Shown: positions 56,058 to 64,000 of the stretch, in pieces
Layout: each line of letters starts with the position of its first letter
Position numbering within the stretch: position 1 is the stretch's first letter
From: Octopus vulgaris
Taxonomy: Eukaryota
DNA: 64,000 nucleotides
Direction: 5' to 3'
Assembly: GCA_951406725.2 (NCBI GenBank)
Contig: OX597821.1
Span: 29,512,001 to 29,576,000 of the forward strand
Made by a program: the position numbers and the translations under genes
Notes under the pieces: model-generated
Told to the model about the DNA's origin: nothing
Databases searched by the model: none
The model's input: only the letters and a program-made list of their open reading frames with translations

Positions 56058-56254
56058 CATCTTTATAAACTACACAGTGCCATTTGTTTCCAGTTCTCTG
56101 CATAAAACATGTCCAGGCTATGTATTGTTCAATAGACTGAAAGATTATTATATCACTTGGAAACAAGCAGTAAAAAAAAACTCTACCCCGATCTACTTTC
56201 CTCTGACGCATTCAAGGATTGAAAAGCAAATGTTAAAATGATGATGATGATGAT

Positions 56255-56276
56255 ATACACACAGACATATATATGA

Positions 56277-56323
<47 letters not shown>

Positions 56324-56353
56324 AGAACATACACATACATATAGACATATGCA

Positions 56354-56400
<47 letters not shown>

Positions 56401-56624
56401 ACATATGTATGAGTGTGTGTATGTATGTGTGTATATATGTATGTATGTATGTGTGTATGCATGTATGTGTATGTATGTATGTGCATGTATGTATATAAGT
56501 ATCTATGTATGTATGTGTGTGTATGTATGCATGTATGTATGTACGTACATATGTACATATGTATGTACGTACATATGTATATATGTATGTACGTACATAT
56601 GTATGTATGTATGTATGTATGTAC
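56255..56624. repeat. Compound (TA)n/(TG)n/(TATG)n microsatellite
   Basis: Direct inspection. Confidence 0.93.
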
Positions 56625-57082
56625 AATGGGTAGTATGTTTTGCCGGTTTTAAATGTATTTAAGAAAATATCAATTACCATTAGATAAATATAATCAATAT
56701 TTATTCAAAATTGAGTCTATGTGAGTTAGTTGCAACTCAGAGTTTCTTATTCTCAGTTATGTGAGAGTGTATGTATTCACACACACATAATTTGTAGCTA
56801 TACGGGTTTATGTGTACATACAGGTCCTACCTGCATATAGATCTATCAACTATGGCACACACATACATATGCACACACACACAGTAAAGAATGACTGATA
56901 TATGTTGAAGCATTATGTATAGAGAAACATTATATAGACAGTAGACTATAGAAAATCTAATTATGGTCAGGAGAATCTTTCATCTTTCTGCAAGAGGCCA
57001 TACATTAAACATTGAATATATACTGCAGCACCTAATTTGTCTCGCACAACTATTTGTTATGAGTATATTCATATACATGTTT

Positions 57083-57446
57083 GTGTGTGTGTGTGAGAGA
57101 GAGGGAGAGAGTGTGTGTGTGAGAGAGATAGATAGATAGAGAGAGTGTGAGAGAGAGGGTGTGTGTGTGAGAGAGAGTGTGAGAGAGAGGGGGTGTGAGG
57201 AGAGAGACAGAGAGAGAGTGTGTGAGAGAGAGGGTGTGTGTGTGAGAGATAGATAGATAGAGTGTGAGAGAGAGAGTGTGAGAGAGAGGGGGTGAGAGAG
57301 AGATAGAGAGTATGAGAGAGAGGGTGTGTGAGAGAGGGTGTGTGTGAGAGAGAGGGTGTGTGTGAGAGAGAGGGTGTGTGTGTGAGAGAGAGAGAGATAG
57401 AGAGAGTGTGTGTGAGAGAGAGAGTGTGTGTGCGTGAGAGAGAGAG

Positions 57447-57480
<34 letters not shown>

Positions 57481-57520
57481 TGAGTGAGAGAGAGAGAGTG
57501 TGTGTGTGTGTGTGTGCGTG
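57083..57520. repeat. Compound (GA)n/(GT)n microsatellite
   Basis: Direct inspection; produces the SLSHTH pseudo-ORF. Confidence 0.93.
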
Positions 57521-57605
57521 CATAACTATGTATGTGATATGAGGGAGGGTGAAAGAGAAAGACAGAGAGAATAAAGAAATATACAACAATAATTTTCTTT
57601 AAAAT

Positions 57606-57654
<49 letters not shown>

Positions 57655-57977
57655 CCCTCTGTGTATCTATATGACTGTTGTTTAACTCCTGCTTAGTCCT
57701 GACTGTGCAGACCTGTGATAAAACAATTTCCTGGCATGACTGCCCTATCTCCTTTTCGAGATGTTATCCAGAATATCTCTATTTAATGTCCTTCCTTTAT
57801 TCATGCATAACTTGAAGGTGGCTTATATGATATTACTAGCAGATCAAGTAATTGTTACGCAGTTCCTTTACTGGCTGATGAATATATATAAACAGAATGA
57901 CACAGCCATGTAGGAGAGACTTTGTTAATTTCATTAGAAATATACACTAAATTTAGAGCTTGCATGTAGCTACTCAA

Positions 57978-58231
57978 TCATCATCATCGTTTAACGTCCA
58001 CTTTCCATGCTAGCATGGGTTGGACGATTCAACTGGGGTCTGGGAAACCAGAAAGCTGCACCAGGCCCAGTCTGATCTGGCAGTATTTCTACAGCTGGAT
58101 GCCCTTCCTAACGCCAACCACTCCGTGAGTGTAGTGGGTGCTTTTTATGTGCCAGACGAGGCTAGCAAACGGCCACGATCGGATGGTGTTTTTTATGTGC
58201 CACCGGCACGGAGGCCAGACAGGGCTGGCAA
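57978..58231 (-). mobile_element. Family B retroposon
   Basis: (ATC)n tail, conserved 3' body, about two monomers. Confidence 0.9.
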
Positions 58232-58280
58232 CTAGACATAGCAACAAAACCATAACAAAATCATGCCCTATCATCTTTAA

Positions 58281-58492
58281 CCCCTTAGCATTCAGATTTC
58301 TTTGTCAAATGTAATGCTTATATATTCATGAATTAATTATGCATTATCTCATAGCTTCAAGATTTAAATGAGGTGATTGTTGATATTTAGAATGATATTG
58401 TAGAGTAGGTGTTCAAGGCCAGATTTAACAAGTTTGAACATAAAACATGCAGAATACTTGGCCCGGATATAGCTAGATTAAATGCTAAAGGG
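58281..58492. mobile_element. TTAA MITE (piggyBac-like), second family
   Basis: TTAA at 58277-58280 and 58493-58496; TIR CCCCTTAGCATT / AATGCTAAAGGG. Confidence 0.8.
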
Positions 58493-58675
58493 TTAACAAG
58501 AAAAAAAAAAAATTCAGGAGTAGGGATGATATATTGGATAGTGTAATCCTAGAAGCATTATACTTTAGTGAAAGACAGGATGTTGACCGCTAGAGAGTTT
58601 TTGATTATAAGTCTGTTTCAATCAAGACTGACCTGGGACTTAACAACAAAATTTCAAAATGCAGTGGAATGAAAT
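58389..58675 (+). repeat. Left arm of a local inverted duplication
   Basis: Reverse complement of 60918-61203, including sequence outside the MITE. Confidence 0.93.
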
Positions 58676-59417
58676 ACACAATGAGGGATCTAGTGGGACT
58701 AAAGTTTGTTGGTCCTTTATATTTTTACTCCTTAATTTCATACTGAAACCCAATAACAATCTCCGTAAGGGCTAAGACACAGCCAATTAATTGGTTATTC
58801 TTGCAGATCTCATTGGTACCTAACACTAGCGTTGTAGTTTAAACTTAGCTGAGCTCTGAATGAGTAGGTCTATCATCAAAAGTATTCCATCCATCACGCT
58901 TCCAACTTTGATTAGAGGGAAATTCCTGGGTGTTATTAATGGCAGGTTGAGTAACCATATGGAAGCCTCTTTCTCCGTTTTATCACTGGTACTTATCTAC
59001 CTCAAAAGGATTTGAACTCAGACTTTAGTGACTTGAAATGTCGCACTATAAACTACTTCATCTGAGTTAGTACAATAATTAATATATCTTATGTGATATT
59101 TATTTTGTTGGCTTATTGTCTCCACTATATTTATGTGGCTTAATAGTTAGAGTGCTATGTTGTGATCATAAGGCAGTGGGTTTGATTACCTGCCTGAAAG
59201 ACATATTGGATCCTTTATTTCATGTTGCTCCAGTCCACTTAGCTAATAAATGAGGACCAGCTTAGTGCCACTGCATGTCTCTCCCTTTCCGCTATCACAT
59301 CTAAAAACATTTCCTTGGGTTTTAAGAGCAGGACTGTCAAGAATATGCTTGTCTGCACTCTCACAACTATATAGGCACCTTAAACACTTAGAGCAAAAAT
59401 ATGATGCATTAAACTTA

Positions 59418-59714
59418 GCACGTAAAAAGCACCAACCAATCATGGCTGTTGCCAGCCCTCCTGGCACCTGAGCCGGTGGCACGTAAAAAGCACCATCTAT
59501 ACATGGCCAATGCCAGCGCCGTGCCAGTGGCACATAAAAAGCACCCACTACACTCACAGAGTGGTTGGCGTTAGGAAGGGCATCCAGCTGTAGAAACACT
59601 GCCAGATCTGACTGGAGCCTGGTGCAGCCTCCTGGCTTCCCAGACCCCGATCAAACCGTCCAAACCATGCTAGCATGGAAAGCGGACGTTAGATGATGAT
59701 GATGATGATGATGA
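59418..59714 (+). mobile_element. Family B retroposon with three monomer cores
   Basis: GCAC(G/A)TAAAAAGCACC three times, conserved 3' body, (GAT)n tail. Confidence 0.9.
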
Positions 59715-60917
59715 TATTCACTTGCAAGCAGTGGCTATGGGGTTACTTACCTACTTTGGATGGATATGAACTCAGAGCATAGTGGCCAAAACAAAGTCCC
59801 ACTTTCTATGTATTTCAAAAGACTATTAATGATATGTGCAAAAGGTGTCTAAAGATGATCAGAGAATATTGTGATCAAATTGATGTGTAGACAGAAACAC
59901 AAGAGATGAGGTTAATATTCAGATCAATGTATAATAATGCAACCAATCTTGGCTCATAAACCTGTCCATGCATAAATGACCAGCATAGCAGCATCTTAGA
60001 AACCATTTAGTGATGACATCGTCTCTCAATGGTAATCAAGTATGATTAGCAAAACCTATTCCATTGTTAATGTAATGCAACTGTCGAAAACGTTTCACTA
60101 TTCTAAATTTGTAATCAACCAAAATGACATTGTTCGACACTCCATGCATGCACACACACACACAAACAAACACACACATACTTGCACATATATGCACATA
60201 CACAGACACACCCTTTTGAAAAGAAATGGTAGAGAAGAAAGAGAAGAGAAAGAGGGAGAGAGAAAAAGAGAAAGAGGTAGAGAGGAAGAGAGAGAGAAAG
60301 AGAGAGAGAGGGGGATGGGATTATAGGTTGAGGCAGGTTTCAACCACTTCCAACATTCTAATTAGCTAATGCCAAGATGTTAATTAAATTAGGAAATGAG
60401 CTGCAAATTGCTATACTTCAGTTTCATTTTGAGTATTATTGGTGGTGCCATTTGTCCGACCAAATAAATTGATATTAATACATAACTATATCCTTGTGCG
60501 TGTGCATGTATGTGTGTGTGTATGTGTGTGTGTGTGTGCGTGCACGCATGCTCATATACACAAGCACAAACACACGAATGTGTATGTACCAATAAATACA
60601 AACACATCTAACTCGTACCCTCACACAATTATGTGGCTACGGTTGTGATTGTTGTTGAGTATTACCACTCAAACAGTAGTTGACCTAGCAAACAAAGATA
60701 GCTGACAAAAGAATCATTCACTTGGTATCACAGCCACTGTTCCCCCATCTTAGTATTGAATATACTGTCCTAAAAATGGGGAAAACTTCAAACATAGAGA
60801 CACCACCACTTTCCAAAGATGAATCTTCCCAGTAAATTATATGCAGCAGAAATCAACCTCTGCATTGGGCATGAACCTATTCTTATTAAGAATTGGTTAT
60901 TACACTTATTACGATAC

Positions 60918-61203
60918 ATTTCATTCCACTGCATTTTGAAATTTTGTTGTTAAGTCCCAGGTCAGTTTTGAATGAAACAGACTTATAATCAAAAACTCTC
61001 TAGCTGTCAATATCCTATCTTTCACTAAAGTATAATGCTTCTAGGATTACACTATCCAATATATCCTACTTACTCCAGCATTTTTTTTTTTTTTGTTAAC
61101 CCTTTAGCATTTAATCTAGCTATATCCGGGCCAAGTATTCTGCATGTTTTATGTTCAAACTTGTTAAATCTGGCCTTGAACACCTACTCTACAATATCAT
61201 TCT
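60918..61203 (-). repeat. Right arm of a local inverted duplication
   Basis: Reverse complement of 58389-58675; carries only the right half of the MITE. Confidence 0.93.
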
Positions 61204-61410
61204 GTTGTGGAAGGATCTTGATCACCCCCACATGATTGAAAGGGGACTAACGCATTTCAATAAAATAAAAAAAACTGAGCGAACAGTTGGATAGTTTACA
61301 GGAGTAGTTCACAGCAATACAGTTGATGGTATTGATTACTGTGTTAGATTAATATCATGACTACAGTTGGAGTAACACAGGGTGCATTCTGTGTGAACTT
61401 ATTAATTCTG

Positions 61411-61849
61411 CGAAATCAAAATCGATCAACAACAATGGAGATTGTAGCTGTGATACCAGTGCCGGTGGCATGTAAGAGGACCATCCGAACGTGGCAGTTG
61501 CCAGCGCCGCCCCAACTGGCCTCCATGCCAGTGGCATGTAAAAAGCACCATCCGATTGTGGCCATTGCCAGCCTTGTCTGGGCTCTGTGCCGGTGGCACG
61601 TAAAAAGCATCATCCGATCGTGGCCGTTTGCCAGCCTCGTCTGACACCTGTGCCGGTGGCACGTAAAAAGCACCTACTATGCTCACAGAGTGGTTGGCGT
61701 TAGGAAGGGCATCTAGCTGTAGAAACACTGCCAGATCAGACTGGGCCTGGTGCAGCCTTCTGGCTTCCCAGACCCCAGTTGAACCGTCCAACTCATGCTA
61801 GCATGGAAAGCGGATGCTAAACGATGATGATGATGATGATGATGATGAT
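61411..61849 (+). mobile_element. Apparently full-length family B retroposon with four monomer cores
   Basis: GAAATC start, TGCC(G/A)GTGGCA(C/T)GTAA cores at about 61460, 61526, 61588, 61651, conserved 3' body, (GAT)n tail. Confidence 0.9.
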
Positions 61850-62683
61850 TATTTTGTCACCTTCTTTAACTCAGCTGGTTATTGTTAACCTTTAGGCTGC
61901 AGATTACTCTTAATTGAGCAGTTCTATAATAATAGATATACCAGTTGTAGACATGTAATCCTTTTCCTTCTTTTGTAAAATAGTGTATCCACAATTTATA
62001 ATCTGGTTTACCCTTACCTATACTTTCTAAATTTAATACGAGGAATATTTACTAGCCATTTTCAAATGGTGAAATGATGGTGTAGAGGCTTTCCTATTTA
62101 TTAATTGAGAGAGTAATGACATCTGACATGAAATGTCTTCATCATAATGCAGTGGAATACATGGTTTCTGAATCAGGCACAAAGCCGGCAATTTTTGGTT
62201 AATAGCATCAACTGGTAATTTATTTCATAGCCACCTCAGAGGGATAAACATCAGAGTTGTCCTCAATAGGATTCGAACCCAGAATGTAAACAGCAGGAAT
62301 AAATACCACAAAGCATTTGGTCCAATGTTTTATGGATTCAGCCAAAAAAGTACAGGCCATGTGGTCTTAAAGAGTATTCAGAAAAGTAACAGGGCTGAGG
62401 TATTCGTTGTACAACAGACCTAATCCTTATGAGGCAGATCTAACACTTGGGCAGCAGAACTGATATTTGGGTGGCAGGATTCACCTTTAGGTGAGGCTCT
62501 TGGCTATCCTCAGCAGAGTCCACTCCCTAGTAAGCATTCAGGCGAAGTTTCCAATCAGATAAATAACTTCTTTCCATACTTGGAGACCCTAAAAAAATGG
62601 GCACAGCCATTTTTTTTTTTCTCTGGGTCATAAAATATTTTAAGACCTAAGCAAATGAAAATGAAACAGAGTAACGATACCAA

Positions 62684-63057
62684 CAGGTGTGGCTGTGCAG
62701 TGAGAAGTTTACTTCCCACCACATGGTCCAGTTACATTGCATGACACCTTGGGCGAGTTGTCTTCTACTATAGCTTAGGCCAGCCAAATGGGAACTGAAA
62801 GAAGTTTGTTGTGTGTGTGAGAGAGAGAAATAGAGAGAGAGAGAGAGAGAGAGACAGATAGACAGAGATATTGGTATGTTTATGTCCCTATAACTTTGTA
62901 GTTTGGCAAAAGAGACTATATGGAACATTTACCAAACTTAAAGAAAAAAAAAGAAGAAAGAAACAAGTACTGAGGCTGATTTGTTTGACTAAAACTTTCA
63001 AGGCAGTACCAAAGCATGACTGCAGTCCAATGACTGAAGCAAGCAAAAGATTAAAAA
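62684..63057 (+). mobile_element. Family A SINE, degenerate, with internal (GA)n
   Basis: Head, central domain and 3' tail motifs recognisable. Confidence 0.75.
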
Positions 63058-63623
63058 TAATATCTTTCTAATCACAGACAGAAGGATCAGAGTGTAATTA
63101 GATGACCAAAAATCTTTGAGATATTTTCTAAAAACACATTTCGCTCTTTTCTTTCCTATTGTCCAGGAGCAGTGATTACCATGAAACTGACTGACAGGAT
63201 AGATGAATGATAAATAAATAAATAAATAAATAAGTAGAAAGATAACAAAAACTAGAAATTTTATGAGAGCGATCAAACTGATAAAAGAACTTGTTAGGTT
63301 TAGCATTATTACTGACTTGATAATAGTAGTAGTAGTAGCCATAGTAGTAATGGTAGTGGTGGTGGTGGTGAGGGGGAACAACTGAGTTGCAGCTGAATGG
63401 CAATTAGAGAAGACAACCCTCAGGCTTTAAGGAGGGTGTTTTCTTTTTTTTCTCTTTTTTTTTTTAAAGTATATAAATGATAATTGTAATCAATGGTGTT
63501 CAGGAAAGTTCTAGTTAGCCAATCAGAATCATTGATCTTGTGATTTATTTGCACTGTCCTCTTGAACCTGTAAACTAAGTCGGCTGTCTCCAGATCAATA
63601 GCTAGACATCTTTATTTCCTTTA

Positions 63624-63678
<55 letters not shown>

Positions 63679-64000
63679 GATATAGATATATATATATGTA
63701 TATATATGACACACACATATGCACACACATAGACAAACAGAAATATACATATATATCTTATTTTGGTCCCCTTCCGGAGTGTTTGATTACTTCTTTTTAT
63801 GTCCTTTTCTTTTATATAATTTTTGTGACTGCTTTTTTATTTTATATATTTATGTTGATATTATTGTATTATTGATTTTATTTATTATTTATTGCCTTAG
63901 TCCTTTTTTTAATTTTTTTGATACCTGGATAGTTCATAGTCTGAGGAAAAAATAAATAAATTCCCATCACTACAACCATCACCACTACAAACAACTATCA

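Noticed and set aside
61460-61675. CRISPR-like repeat-spacer appearance
   Set aside because: The spacers are homologous to one another, the array is part of a dispersed (GAT)n-tailed retroposon, the context is eukaryotic and there are no cas genes.
61615-61675. Resemblance of CCAGCCTCGTCTG to the HDV ribozyme P3/L3
   Set aside because: I could not form P1, P2 or J4/2 in the required nested order; only simple hairpins are evident.

Overview
AT-rich, repeat-dominated eukaryotic DNA. The SINE families and microsatellite load look like octopus/coleoid cephalopod genomic DNA (inference from recalled repeat families). No intact protein-coding gene, rRNA, functional tRNA or CRISPR array is visible, and almost all ORFs in the track are microsatellite or SINE artefacts. 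Supported content: a decayed Buster/Charlie-type hAT transposase (6.06-7.98 kb); an RTE-clade LINE 3' end (25.2-25.5 kb); a non-autonomous Helitron (50.05-50.44 kb); two copies of a GG-terminated MITE with 8-bp TSDs and internal TTAGGG repeats; TTAA (piggyBac-like) MITEs; several SINE families; very long (TA/CA)n tracts. Most unusual structures: (i) a TSD-bracketed insertion at 40.26-40.83 kb containing a near-perfect 280-bp palindrome, each arm carrying a minimal type-I hammerhead-ribozyme-like fold with a compensatory G3-C8 core, plus half of a second hammerhead; further hammerhead-like motifs lie next to (TA)n tracts at 0.21-0.34 and 39.97-40.09 kb (Penelope/retrozyme-like); (ii) a 287-bp local inverted duplication (58.39-58.68 / 60.92-61.20 kb) nested inside an inverted SINE pair. 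Weak splice signals on the minus strand suggest the window may be intronic to a large gene.
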